From NCBI GenBank assembly GCA_028534125.1, contig CM052817.1:11968001-12032000 (forward strand): a DNA stretch of 64,000 bases. Reading direction: 5' to 3'. This document shows positions 1 through 12,429 of this stretch, piece after piece; positions within the stretch are counted from its first letter, which is position 1, and the number at the start of each line of letters is the position of its first letter. The position numbers and the translations under genes are program-made. This DNA comes from Lama glama. Taxonomy: Eukaryota. The notes below the pieces were generated by a model. That model saw only the letters and a program-made list of their open reading frames with translations. It searched no databases and was not told where the DNA came from.

Positions 1-410
1 TCCAAAAAATAGTTAATATAAAGGACATTATTAAGGAGGTTGACAAAACTTGATTATGTTCTGTATGTCAGATAATAGTATTTTTAAAATATTAGAGTTG
101 TTGAGTTTGGTAATTGTACTGTGGTTAGGTAAGAGACTGTGCTTGTTCTTAGACGATACGTAAGGAGTATTTAGCGATGAAAAAGTCATGATACCTATGA
201 CATACTTTCAATGGCCTGGAAGAAAAACAATTAGATTAAGAATAAGAATAGTAATAATAAGAAGTGTATAATTAGAAAGAAAATTCCAAAGCATCAAAAT
301 CTTAAAAATTTATAAATTCACACAAAGAATACATGGTGTTCATCATACTATTTTATCTATAGGTTTGTAAGTCTTCAAAATAAAAAAAATTAAAAAAGGA
401 GAAAAAAATA
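1..410 (+). mobile_element. Old L1M (L1MC/L1ME-type) 3' UTR fragment ending in A-rich tail
   Basis: Typical old-L1 3' UTR text (taattgtactgtggttaggtaagag...ttgttcttag) ending in ttcaaaataaaaaaaattaaaaaa. Confidence 0.65.
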
Positions 411-1249
411 ATTGAGCCAAAATGTGATCTACCACAGTGTGGACTCTTTCTGTGATGTCTGTAATGGGTGTATGTTTATTAGCAAATGCCTAGAACTCCT
501 GGTGAGAAACACATTTTACATTACCGGCAGAATACATGGATATATTTATGCATGTGAACATGTAAAACAGAAGCAAAAGCTTTACAAAACAGTGTTTTTT
601 TTCTCATTTATCTGACTTGTCCACTCCTGTATATTGCCTTTTTTTCTATTTCATTCTCTTCTATTCCACTGGACTTCATGTTTTTACAAGCTTCTCTTTG
701 ATTCCTGCTGAATTGATTTCATCATCCCTTAAGAGGTTATAAACCATGGATTGAAAATCATAGTTCAATATGGTAAATTTTGAATACCTGGCAAGACATT
801 AAGTATGGGAGGAATTTAGAGGCAGATGGAATGATATAAACACATTCACCAAGGAGAGGGAATTAAAGTTGTTTCATCAAGGAAGGTACGATGTATGCCA
901 GGGCACTCATGTAAAAGTTTAATAGCTTATCGGTCCTTCTGACTTTGATAGTTCTAGATATCAGTATAGGGACACTACAGAGAGCAGTTATACTACAGAG
1001 AATAGTTAGGTAATAATAGTGGCATAAAGTTCTTTACAGCGACTCCTAAGGAATAGCTGGGATTTAGTTCTACTTATGTGGGTTTCAGTAAATAAATGTT
1101 TGGTTGTATTAAGCATTTATCTGTACACCGTGGCTTGGTAGTGGAGACCAGATTATAGGCACACTCCCAAAGGGCTTGCAATTCAGATTCATAAAGATAA
1201 CTAAAAGTTACTATATCTCCAGTAATAAAGATTATGAAAAACTTTTTGA

Positions 1250-1450
1250 ACTCTTACTCTGTATAGGCTCTGTTCCAGATGGCTTATTGGCATCATCTCA
1301 TTTAAATCAATGACAACCCTGTGAGATGATTACCATCATTCAGCTTAATTCACAGTTAAATACTGAAGTGCCCTTCTTAAGTCTGCACAGCTAGTACACC
1401 ATGAAGTCAGGATTTGGACCCAAGTGTTTTCACTCCAGTGCCTAAATGCA
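1250..1450 (-). mobile_element. MIR SINE
   Basis: atctcatttaaatc..acaaccctgtgagat...cacagctagta...ggatttggacccaag, antisense MIR core. Confidence 0.75.
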
Positions 1451-1494
1451 AAGCTTTCAAACAATACATGACCTGGACGAGATATGAGTGAAAT

Positions 1495-1640
1495 TTCTCC
1501 TAGAGATTTTGGAGTGTCCCCCTGCTGACACCTTGATTTCAGGCTTCTGGCCCCTAGAATGGTGAGAGGATAAATCATCATTGTTTTAAGCTACCTATTT
1601 TGTGGTAATCTGTAATAACAGGGCGAGGAAACTAATGTAG
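1495..1640 (+). mobile_element. MaLR LTR 3' fragment (MLT1A/D-like)
   Basis: cctgctgacaccttgatttcaggcttctggcccctagaa...gttttaagctacc..tttgtggtaat...ggaaactaat. Confidence 0.8.
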
Positions 1641-2234
1641 ACAGCTTGACAAAAACAGGAATATTAATACAGTAATCAAGATTCTCCAACAAGTTAAGTG
1701 GTGGGACAAGTTGAGGATTTAGGAATCAAATATGAGGTTTAGAAAGCACAATTTTCAAGGAAATGTATAAAGGCCTATATTAATGAAATTCCAGGTACAA
1801 ACTGAATAGTCATTGTCCAATCTAAGAAGACATTGTACATAATACTGATCAAGAGATCTGTCTCTTTGTTGAGTTAGGGTTTCATTTCACATATAATTCA
1901 ATAACAGCATGGCCATTGATTCTTAAATAAGTTCTGTAACAGAGATTAATCATGGCTTTGTTTTATGTGCACCTTGGTGACCAAGGGAAAATAATTACAA
2001 CAAGCCAAGTCATCAGTGCCATTGATGTTAGGGCCCCAAAGAGGCAGGGGCAAGCTGACACTGAGTCATGAGCTGGTTAAGTAAGACTGAAAGGCTGGAG
2101 CCTGTCCCTGGCTGCGCTCAGCAGTCCAAATCCAGTAACACAAACACACCCAGCAAGGGCTGTGCACAATTCCAGAGTACTCAGTTGGTCAAATGGGTGG
2201 GGGTTTAGAATGTCAGGATCCCATGCAAGAACTG

Positions 2235-2410
2235 GGATTTGGGATCATCAGATATGCTTTTTCACACATAAAAATTGCAAATCAGATTCTTCTGAAATCT
2301 GATTTTTAAGTATGGTCAACTAATTCAAATTAAATACCGTTATGCAGATTGTATGGCGAACATCGGTGGGGTATATATACACATCACTGTGGACCATGGC
2401 AAGTCCCCTG
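2235..2410 (+). mobile_element. hAT-Charlie MER103-like fragment
   Basis: gaaatctgatttttaagtatggtcaactaattcaaatt resembles the MER103C 3' portion. Confidence 0.4.
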
Positions 2411-2574
2411 ATTGAATAGATTCCTCTTTCCAGTTGAATCTAAAGGCAGCAGAATTCAGGGAATGAATGTAGATGATAGAACCAGGTAAGGATTTTAATC
2501 TTTCTTATCTGCAGGTGACATTCTGTGGTACAGAGCTGGGCTCCACTAGGATTCTTTAGCACAGATATCAGGGT

Positions 2575-2688
2575 AAAGAAAACAAACAGACCAAAAAAAA
2601 AAAAACCCCGAAAAACAAAAAACAAAAAACAAACCCACCAAGTAATCAAAACCAAAAACAATTAAAGAAAACAAACAAACAAACAAAA
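2575..2688. repeat. A-rich (CAAA/CAAAAA)n simple repeat
   Basis: Directly visible run of aaaacaaacag/aaaaac units. Confidence 0.9.
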
Positions 2689-2982
2689 ATTATCCTTGGT
2701 ACCAAAGGTAAGACCAACAGGGGCTAGTCTAACCAATTGCATCTACATCCATGATAGTAAGGGAGGCTGAGAAACCTTTCTTGCTCCGTTCCTCTGAAGT
2801 ATGAGAATTTAGATAGTAAAAGTCCAAACTGCTTTTATATCCACTCATTATTGTGGTTGGAGATTTTAATATCCTGGCAGAATTTTTTCTCACTAGGGTT
2901 AAATGATGTTGAAACATAGGTGACTGTTATTGTTATATGCAATAGGAAAAGGTCTGAAAAGTAGGGACTTAGCTTTTAGAGT

Positions 2983-3345
2983 TGTGTTGCCCAGAACAGT
3001 AGACACCAGCTTCCTTTGCTTATAAAAGGCAGGATTTGAAGTAGCAATATGGAGCTATTGAGCACTTGAAATGTGGCTAATCCAAACTGAGATGTACTGT
3101 TAGTATAAATGCACCAAATTTCAAAGACTTATTACAGAATAAAAGAATATAAAAGATAATATTTTATGATGATTTTATGTTGAAATAAAAGTATTTTGTA
3201 TATATATACAAATAAAATATATTATTACAATTATCTTCAATTGTTTGACAGTGAAGACTGTATTTTAGCATCTCTAGAAAATTTAAAACTTCATGTATGC
3301 CCTGTATTTGTGGCTCACACTTATTTCCATTAGATAAGACTGCTT
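2983..3345. mobile_element. hAT-Charlie MITE, MER33/MER3-like
   Basis: gctattgagcacttgaaatgtggcta...tactgttagtataaat...ctagaaaatttaaaa...gtggctcacac..atttccattaga. Confidence 0.8.
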
Positions 3346-4884
3346 TAGAGGATTAAGAGTTAGGTAGCCATTTGATAAGCACCAAAAACCTAAGTTTCTA
3401 ACTAATGTTTCACTTAGTAGCTGGATAACATAGTGTCATGTAGACCAAAGCAGTGTTAATTTTTCAGGAATTAGGCAAATAATGTAACCTCCTGAGCATA
3501 TCTTTTACATGATAGGTGTTTCTTGCAAATATTTATACCAAATAATTTGAGTCAAATGCAAAAACAGGAGGCAACTGATGAATGCCTGTCAAAGCAATCT
3601 TCATTTAGATGAGAAAGTATAATTTTAAATCATAGCAGAAATTATAGTTTACACGCTGCATTAGCCATCTCAATCTGCATAGTATATTTTCTATAATGAA
3701 TTTCCATGTGATACAACAAGTCCAGATGTAGCATTTGGATGATCAGTAAGCTTTTTAGATCAATTTATTATGAATGAAAGAGGCATTTATCTCTTCCTCA
3801 CACGATTTAATTTGCATTTCCTTTCTAAAATCTTAAAAGCTCAATAGAGGGAACTGTAATGGACATTAAATCAATTCAAAATTGTAATCACTCAGTTTTC
3901 TCATATAACATCATTTGTCTTTAGAATACAAATGGAGGCATTAATTTGTAAAAAAAAAAAGTATAAATTTTTCTCCTGATGAAGGAAATATTCAAGTTTA
4001 TGCTATTCAGGCAAATTAAGAATCATTTTTCAGAAAATTATTTTTTCTAACAAGAAATTCAAATATTGTCAATTTGAATTTAAATTATAGGAAGAATTGC
4101 TACATCCATTCAGGAAGACAGGAATTTAAATGAATGAGATTGCTAAGACATGCATAATGTTCTTAGCATTATTCTGTATATATGGCGCTGTTGGGGGGGT
4201 GCGTATGTGTGTAATTGTCACGATCCAATGACGTTTGTTAAGTGTCCTTTATGTATGTTAGATTGTGTTAAAATAATAGGATTGTAAACTTTTAGTGCTT
4301 TTAGGAATAGAAAGAACCTGTAATCCAGTCCTCTGACCAAAGCGTGTAGTCCACACTTCCCATCATTTCCGGAGGATTATTATCTAAATGTTTCTGGTTC
4401 AAACCTGTGGCAATAAAGAATCCGCAGCCTCACACAGGACATTCATATTTTACCACCTCTTAACATTTTCAGGCAATTCCAATTGCTAGCCATGGTCTTC
4501 CATACACAGTTTCAAATTCTACTTCTCTAAAACTTGTATGATTAGGGTATTATCTCTGGCTGCCAGATGTACTTCATTCCTAGGAATTCATAAGAACACT
4601 CAATACATACTCATAAAATTTAAAATCATAAAAATTCATCTTTATACATGTCATCCTACCTAATCGAGTGATGCAGTATTTTGCATTGTTGTTTTTAATG
4701 CTACTGGCTTGACAGTGGTTTATAATATAAGGCTGCATAGTAGGTAAGAGTTTGAGTATAGAGTAGAGGGTCTTAGATCAAAATCTCTGGTACTTACACT
4801 GGTTCTTTGACCTGGAAATTATTTAACTTCCATCAGGATAGCTGATTGACATGTACCAGAGGAGTGGTATTTAAGAGCTAGGAG

Positions 4885-5105
4885 AGTGTGGTGGTTGAGA
4901 GCATGGACTCTGAAACCAGGCTGCCTGAGGTCATGTCCACACTCCATTGCTCACTAGTTACACGTCCTGGACAAGCCACGTAATCTCACTAAGCCTCATC
5001 TGTAAAGTGGGGATAATAAAAGTACCTTAAGGCATTGTGAGAATTAAAGGACATAATATATGCAAGGTTTAAACAGTGCTGGTTGCACAGTAGGTATTTA
5101 TTAAT
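4885..5105 (+). mobile_element. MIR SINE
   Basis: gtggttgagagcatggactctgaaacca...catctgtaaagtggggataataaaagtacct...tgtgagaattaaa. Confidence 0.9.
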
Positions 5106-6529
5106 GATATATAACACATACATAATCAGAGGCAGAAATAATATTCTTAAGTAATGAAGAACATGAATAAAGGAAGTCAAAATGTCCAAGCACACTTAAT
5201 AATTGTAGGGATCCTTAGGGGTAGCCTCTGTGTTTATGCCAATCTTGCAGCAAGACTTTTTTCTTTGACACATCTCAGAAACTCTTAATCTCCCACAATA
5301 TATAAGCAAGAAATAGATTGTTTTCTTAAGATACCTTGGAGAGATGAAAGAAAGAGTTCATGACACTTTGTATGATCAAACATCATGGGTCTCTCTTTGG
5401 ACCACTCTGTAATCTTCTCCAAATCTCTCTTCTGATCCTATCTTATCTCTCTGCTCTTCCAAAAAGCTAACTCTCCACAGCTTCTCTTGGAATACTGGTT
5501 CCATCATTCCTGACCTGGAGGACTCCAGCATCCCACCTCAACCCAGAGCCCCAGTGTGCTTCCTTTTTGTAGTCTCATACTCACTGCTCTGCTCAGTAAT
5601 GAAAGAATCTGTTTCAGGAACTCCTCTCATTATACACAGAGGAGGCTGCTGAAATGTTCTTTCCTTTTGAAAAACAAGCCTATGGAGGAAAGCATGATCT
5701 GGCTGGCCAAGCAATGGCAGAGGACTGACATTGGACAAGAGTGCCTGATGAAGATGATTGGACGTTATTCAGTCGGCATGAGAAACTACGGCAAAATTTA
5801 GGGTCAGGGAAATAACAGAATAAGTGCAATGTTTCTGGAGAGAACCTACTGTGTTGGTCAAAAAAAATTGAGACTGGAATCAGGTGAACTGAGTTGCTGT
5901 CATTTGACCTTGAGAAAATTATTCTTTGTTGAAAATTTACTTCTCTGTGTTTACAGTGTACAGAGAGATTCAAATTCAAAGGTGATCTATTCTTTCCAGA
6001 TTAGAAATCTCAATTTTTAAAGTAGCTCACCCAATGTCACAGTGTCCATTAGAGCCAGAGCTGAGATTAAAAAGCACAAGTGTCAGTCTTGAAGGGTCCA
6101 GAGAACACATTCAAGAAGGAAAGTCTTTCGTTTCTGAATCGATGTTTTCGTTACTTGCTGGAGTGATGGGGTCTTCTTCATGATTTTTCCTTCAAAGTGT
6201 GTCAATCAGGGTTGAATTCACTGTGCTGCTCTTTTATGCAAGACTTTTCCTTTTCCTTTGGGGTCTGACCTTTGTCCCCGCTGTCTTCTCTGCAAGCCAT
6301 CTTGCCTTTCTAGTTAAAGGAATAAGATAAACAAGAGCAAGGGTGGACATCTTCTCTCTGCTAAGTCCACATACACATAAACACACCTGGGAGCTAAACA
6401 ATCCGAGTTTTAGAGATTTCTAGGTTAGAATTTGGACACGTGAAGTAACTTTTCCAATTTCTGAAGAAATAGCTGAATCCAAGCCTAGGGATGCCTATTT
6501 GGGCAATTCAACTTTTTCTTTTTAAGTAT

Positions 6530-6745
6530 AGGGAAAAAATTACTATAAAAGTCAGGATAATGGGGGAGAGTAAAAAGAGGAGGAGGATATGATAAGGATG
6601 GGGCCCACGAAAGGGATTTTTCAAATAGGGAACAAAAGACTATTTCTTGCCTTGGGTGGTATTCTGAGCGGTAATGATAATTAATAAAGCTATACCTGTT
6701 AGTTACTTGGTTATCTAAATTTTTGTTTTATTTTACAATAGAAAG
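6530..6745 (+). mobile_element. Old L1M 3' end fragment
   Basis: aaagtcaggataatggggg...tatttcttgccttgggtggt...tgttttattttacaata. Confidence 0.55.
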
Positions 6746-7749
6746 ATTGTGAAAATTATCCAAAATTCATCATGATGTGGTGAAGGTAGGATTGGAGCCG
6801 TAATAATTCTACAAGGATTCAGAAGTACTGTGCTATTATTGGCAGTAAAAAGCTATAGCTAATTACTATAAACTTTGGCAATGAAAGTTTAAGAAAAATC
6901 CATGGAAGCTTCCTAGCCTTTTCCAATGTCTACTTTTATTTCAGAGACACACATAAAAAATAATCTTTTTAAGGATGAAATTGAAGAATGAGCAATAACT
7001 CCACTAACTTACACACCTTGTGCATGAATTTCTTAAAAAGCCACATATCAGAAATTGCTTTTTCCTTGCCCTTTTTCTGAGCTGTTATATCTTTTTTTTT
7101 TCTGAGTAAACCTGTGCAAGGACAAGTATTTCGTTTCTACACTGTATAGTGCTTGAGCAAAATTAAGAGTCAAGATTTTTACATTCTGTTGAAATTCATG
7201 AATGCCTTGCTGTTTAAAAAACATTTTTAATATAGGACACCATTAATTACTAGGATTCTGTTTGTAATTGCCTGGTCTCGGAATTGATGAACAAAGCCAT
7301 TTTGGAAAGCAATCAATTTGAAATCTAATTTGTTGGCGAAATGAACCATATAAACAAAATGCCACTTGCAGTTTGTCTAAAATGAGATGTGCTTAACGAG
7401 CCCATCATCTTCTGCGATCCTCATCACTGTGGGTCGCAGCCACCTCGAATGTCATCAGTTGGACCCAGAGCAGAGGAAGCTGAAATAGAACACTGCACCG
7501 TGAGCAGAGCAAAATGTGAAGCAGATGGCTCTGTGGTCCCCACAGGGTGACTTTTGGGGGCAGCTCTGGGGTGAAGGCAGAGTGGCTACTAAAATCAGCT
7601 AAATGCAGTAACACGTTCAGCTCTCCTGTGCCACGCACCCCCAACAGCTGGGATTGTTTAAGGTAAACCATCTCATTCACACGTATTCAGAAAACAAAAG
7701 TGCAAGAAACTGGATTTGGAGAAAAAGATCTGAATTATTTTTTATGAAA

Positions 7750-7835
7750 TATATACACACATACATGCACACATGTATAAAACATATATTATGCATACAT
7801 AGAACATACTACACACACGCACACACACACGCACA
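7750..7835. repeat. Degenerate (CA/TA)n microsatellite
   Basis: atatacacacatacatgcac...acacacacgcacacacacacgcac. Confidence 0.85.
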
Positions 7836-8909
7836 GAAACCGAAGCCATCTAATGATGTCTGTTGTAGAATCTGCTTTGTACAAAGTTTGGCACAGTTTT
7901 CACTTGTTCTTTCATTAATTAAGGAAAATTTTCACTTAAAAGTCTTAACTAATCATCTTTAATGACTTGGACTGCATGATCCTAAGACATGTTATATTCT
8001 TGAAATGGATCGCAAGAGAACTATTAGCATGTATGAGTTGAAGTCTTATATTTGTCTTCTAATTATTTTAAATTTGATAGGCAGTGTGTATCTTGGGATT
8101 TGTCGATGTATGTTTACTCAGTTGGCATCTATATGCTAGGAATTACTTGATAATACAGTAATCTCAGGGCTTTGCACAACTGAAATTACAAAACTGAAAT
8201 CATAAAACTGAAATGAGTCTGAAGGGGGCTAGTCCTATCATGAGACTGCTGGAGATAGGTGGGGACTGCTGGACTGTGGGCCACCTAATTTAAGGAGGGG
8301 AACCCTTCTGAATCAGCAGTCCACATCTATCCAGGATCAATCAAGGGCTCAGCAGAGAGAGATAATCTTTAAGTTGACAAAAATTTATTTCCCAGTGGAC
8401 CTCAGTTGAGAATATTTCATTCTGTAGAAATTTACCATGAATCAATGTGGCCTTGTCACTCAATGTCATGGACTGGCGGCATCTGAATCACTTGGGACCT
8501 TATGGGTATGCAACACCTCCCGTCCCATCCCAGACTTTCAGAATGAAAATCAGCATTTTAGATCCACTTAGAAGCCATTCTATATGGAACTCTTCAAAGT
8601 TACTCCTACAGGGAGCTACCAAACCTCTTGGGTCATATGGAACCCTCCATTAACCAGAGCCCGGTTCTCCAGAGAATCAATTTTCTCTTCAGTCTTTTAG
8701 ATTACACTGGAAATTTACTCTTTCTCCTACAGTTGCACCTAGTTTCTAAGAATTAAAAATAGATACAAAATGGATGACAGAAATGGAACAAATTTATGTT
8801 CTCTGGTTAAAGGTAGACATTTTCATTGTTTTCAGAGAAAAATAGCTTCAAGTGAAAAATGAGAAGTGAGTGTGGAATGAGGTAGTGATAATAATAATGT
8901 GATGCTGAA

Positions 8910-8998
8910 TACTCACACACAAGCACACACAAATGCATACACATGCACATACACGTATAAACACGTGGGTCCGCACGCATATGCACACACACACACAA
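8910..8998. repeat. Degenerate (CA)n microsatellite
   Basis: actcacacacaagcacacac...gcacacacacacaca. Confidence 0.85.
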
Positions 8999-9094
8999 AT
9001 GTCTCACTTTGCACCTTCAGAGCTAGATCTAGAAGCATATTTTATAAGTGTTACATAAGTTATTTTTATTTTCTATCATATTATATGAGGCTTA

Positions 9095-9925
9095 AAATTT
9101 TTTCATGGAAAATTTCAAACAAACACAAAGCTAGAAAGAATGATATAACAAATATCCTTGTGCCCTTTACTCAGATTCAACAGCTTCTTTCAACATGTTG
9201 TCAAGCTTATATCATATACCTCCCTCCGTTTTTGGTGCAAAACTTTTTTTAAAGCAAATCCAGAATACTGCCATTACACTCGTAAATTCTTCAGTATGCA
9301 CTTCTAACTGATAAGGGCATCGGGTTTTTTTTCATAACCACTGTGCAATTATCACACCTAACAAAATTAACAATAATTCATTCATAATAAAGAATAAATA
9401 GTTCATATTCAGATTTTCTCAATTGTCTCAAAGCAACTTTTAAAAAAAAATCAGGGTCCAAACAAGGTTTACTTAAAGTATTTTATTGTAATTGGCTGTT
9501 TTGTGTCTTAAATTTCCTTTATTCCATAATAGAAGATGCTCCCCTGCCCCCTGCTCAAATTTGCCTTTTCAAATTTGCCTTTTGTTGAGGAAAATGAATC
9601 TTTTTTTACCCTACAATCTAAATTTGTCTCATTGCTCCACACTAGTGTTTAACTTGTTTTTTTCTCTCTCCTGTGTTTCCTGTTTAGTCAATAAATTAGC
9701 TTCCAATTAATAGAAAATCTTTTCTTTAAAAATTTTTTTAGCGATTTTTAGTTACATTTATTCACAGTCAGCATATACATTTTTGTGTGAGTATTACTAT
9801 CCTTTCTCTTGGGTGAATGTCTAGGGGTGCAGTCACTGGATTGTATATATTTCACTTTGTAAGAAACTGACAAATTATTTTCCAAAGTGTCTGTACCATT
9901 TTGGATTCTCATCAGCAGAGGATGA
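9095..9925 (-). mobile_element. Old L1 (L1MC4/5-like 3' UTR plus ORF2 3' fragment)
   Basis: atggaaaatttcaaacaaacacaaa...cataaccactgtgcaattatcacacctaacaaaattaacaataattc; 9750-9925 translates on minus to an ORF2 C-terminal-like stretch (GTDTLENNLSVSYKVK). Confidence 0.8.
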
Positions 9926-9939
9926 AAGTCAGCTTTAAG

Positions 9940-10805
9940 TTTAAGGAAGCTCAATCTGGCTATTGTGTAGAGAATGGAGTGGCTGGGGTGGGCAAGATGG
10001 GTGGGAGATGATTATAGTTTAGAAGACAGGTCTTGGTGACTTAGAATAGGACAATGTGGTAAGTTCAGGGACTTAGTGCTTGATCAAGGAAGTGACAAGA
10101 CCATAATAGGCAGACATATATACAAGCTTTCTTTGGGCAGTGCTTGGATAGAGTCCCTCTTAGCAAGGAACCTTCTGGAGGCAGCATGGGCCCGCCACCA
10201 AGAGGGCAGACAACAGGGGAGCTCAGGAGGAAGGAGGGGAGATCGCATGTGAGGTGCTCTTACTCTGCAGCAAGGTGGGGAGTTCCTGGTTCGGAGAGCT
10301 CCAAAGGGCAGCAGCAATTTGGGGGCTTTTATAGCACAGGGTTTGTTGTATTTACAGTTAGCGGATGTTGAGTGTAGTTTAATGGGGTATGAAGTACGTA
10401 GGATCTTAAGGGCTAAAAATATAGATTTTAGGGGGTTATATTTAAAATAATTGGATGTGTAAGAATTTGAGTTTGGCACTGGCAGTCTTTGGGCTAATGG
10501 TGCTGACCTGCTGTGAAGCAGGAAACAACCTGGAACATTTTAGGCTAATATACAGGGACATCTCTGGCCTGTTGATACAACGGATGGTATCAGTAGTGAT
10601 GGACAGGTAGCGTCAGCAGGATTTACTGGGGGTGCGAACACGTAAATGAGAGGAAGAGGAAAAGTAAGGATGTCGGTCAGGTTTTTGGCTTAGGCAGCTG
10701 GGTTGCTTGAGCTATTTTCTATTTTCTGAGATGGGAAATATGACTGGAGGGGTATGTGTATGTGCAATAAAGAGCTCAGTTTTAGATGTGTTAAGTTTAT
10801 GATGA
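9940..10805 (-). mobile_element. L2 fragment, split by an LTR at 10055-10579
   Basis: tctggctattgtgtagagaatgga... before and caggatttactg...aggtttttggcttaggcagctggg...gagctcagttttagatgtgttaagttt after the LTR. Confidence 0.8.
10055..10579 (-). mobile_element. ERVL solo LTR, MER76/MER77-like
   Basis: TG...CA termini; minus strand reads ccaaactcaaattcttacacatcc, TATA-like gctataaaagcccc, gctgctgccctttggagctctc; no clear TSD. Confidence 0.7.
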
Positions 10806-11119
10806 AGTGTTTAAAAGCACCCCTGAATCATTACCTATCTCAATCTCCCTAATCAGTAGAAGGGAACAGTGAACACAGGCTGACCAACCTTACCCCCAAG
10901 CCAGCTCTGACAAACACGCTGTGTCCAAACGTCTAACCTTGCAGTGATGTCTACTGGAGGGAAGATGAGGCCCAGGAGTTGTTTACACAAACGTATTTAC
11001 ACTCAAAACACGACATCAATAGGAGAAATAAGAGGCATGAGCAGTGCCCTGGAAGGTCTCAAGTGAGGTGGCTTGGCTCTACACGTTCAGATTAAATCAA
11101 AAACACTACTTCTAAGTTC

Positions 11120-11570
11120 TGTACAAGGTAAGACAAGAAAAGGAAATAAAAGATATACAGATCAGGAATAAAGAGAAACGTTTACACAGATGACATGATT
11201 GTCTCTAATGAATCTCAAAGAATCTAGCAAAGACTATTGAAGAACAAATCGGTGAGTTTAGTCATGCTATAGAATGGAAGGTAAGTGCACAAAACTAAGT
11301 TGTATTTCTATATGCTAGCCTTGAACAACTGGACTGAAATAAAAACAGTGTCCTATGCAATAATACCTGAAAACATGAAATACTTAGGGATAAATTTGAC
11401 AAAGAAGTTTGAATGCTGGAAACTACCAGACACTGTTGAGAGAAATAAAAGGAGACACAGCTGAAAACAAAAACAAAATCTGACAATAGTAAGTGAAGTC
11501 AAAGATTCAGAGTAACTGGAGCTCACACTCTGTTGATGAGAATACTAAATGATATAGTCACTTTCCAATC
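11120..11570 (+). mobile_element. Old L1 ORF2 fragments (RT core with decayed FADD, then a C-terminal piece)
   Basis: aagacaagaaaaggaaataaaagatatacagat...tac aca gat gac atg att (YTDDMI) ~11183-11200; aaatacttagggataaatttgac. Confidence 0.8.
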
Positions 11571-12315
11571 AAAACACTTCAAAAATTAACACAATTAGAG
11601 TCCTTTTCATATAAATTAAAAATGATAAGAATTCATCACCAGCAAACCTACTCTGTGAGGAAATTATTCAGTCTGAAGGGAAATGGTACCAGATATAAAC
11701 TTGAATCCACAGGTAGGAATGAAGAGCACCAGGATCATAAATATTTAGGCAGTAATGAAAATGTGTATTTATTTTTGCCTCTCAATTTATTTAAAAGGAA
11801 TATTGACTGTTTAACAAAAATAATAACACTTTCTTGGGTTTATGATATGTGTAAAAGTAGAAAATATAGCAATAGCAGTATAAATGAAAGAGTGGTTAAA
11901 TGGAATTATAGTGTTGTAATGTTAGACTGCTTAACACAATAGCATAATATTAGTTCTGAGTAGGTTGTGATAATTTTTAGTTGCATGCTATAGTCCCTAG
12001 AGAAACCACTAAAAGTAACACAAAGTATAGCAAAAAATTAAAAATAAAATGTAAAAAAAAAAAAAAGAAATGCTAACAAAGACCCAGTCCTGAATATGTG
12101 AATACTTAAAGGTGTGAGCACCTAATAACAGAGCTTCAAAGTAGATGAAGCCAACAGTGATGGAACTAAAGGGAGCAAAGATAAAAATCCACAATCACCA
12201 CTGGAAATTTTGATAACTGTTTTTCATAAATTGATAGAACAAGTAGGAAAACATTAGGAATTCAAAGAAGTTTGAAACAACACTACTCACCAACCTATAC
12301 CTAGCTGGCATTTAC
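11570..12315 (+). mobile_element. Old L1M ORF1-end / inter-ORF / endonuclease-start fragment
   Basis: gaattcatcaccagcaaacctac...ggaaatggtaccagat; gcacctaataacagagcttcaaa...ggaaattttgata..ttgatagaacaagtagg. Confidence 0.7.
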
Positions 12316-12429
12316 AGGGTTTTTTTTGTTTTTGTTTTTTGACTGCCAAAACCATAGTTGAGGTGGTTAAGACAATTTTAGACTTACAGGTATTTCCTCT
12401 CAACATCTCCATCACTGTCATTGAGAATT

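Noticed and set aside
10193..10210. CTCF-like gccaccaagagggcag
   Set aside because: An extra base breaks the core spacing; it lies within an LTR.
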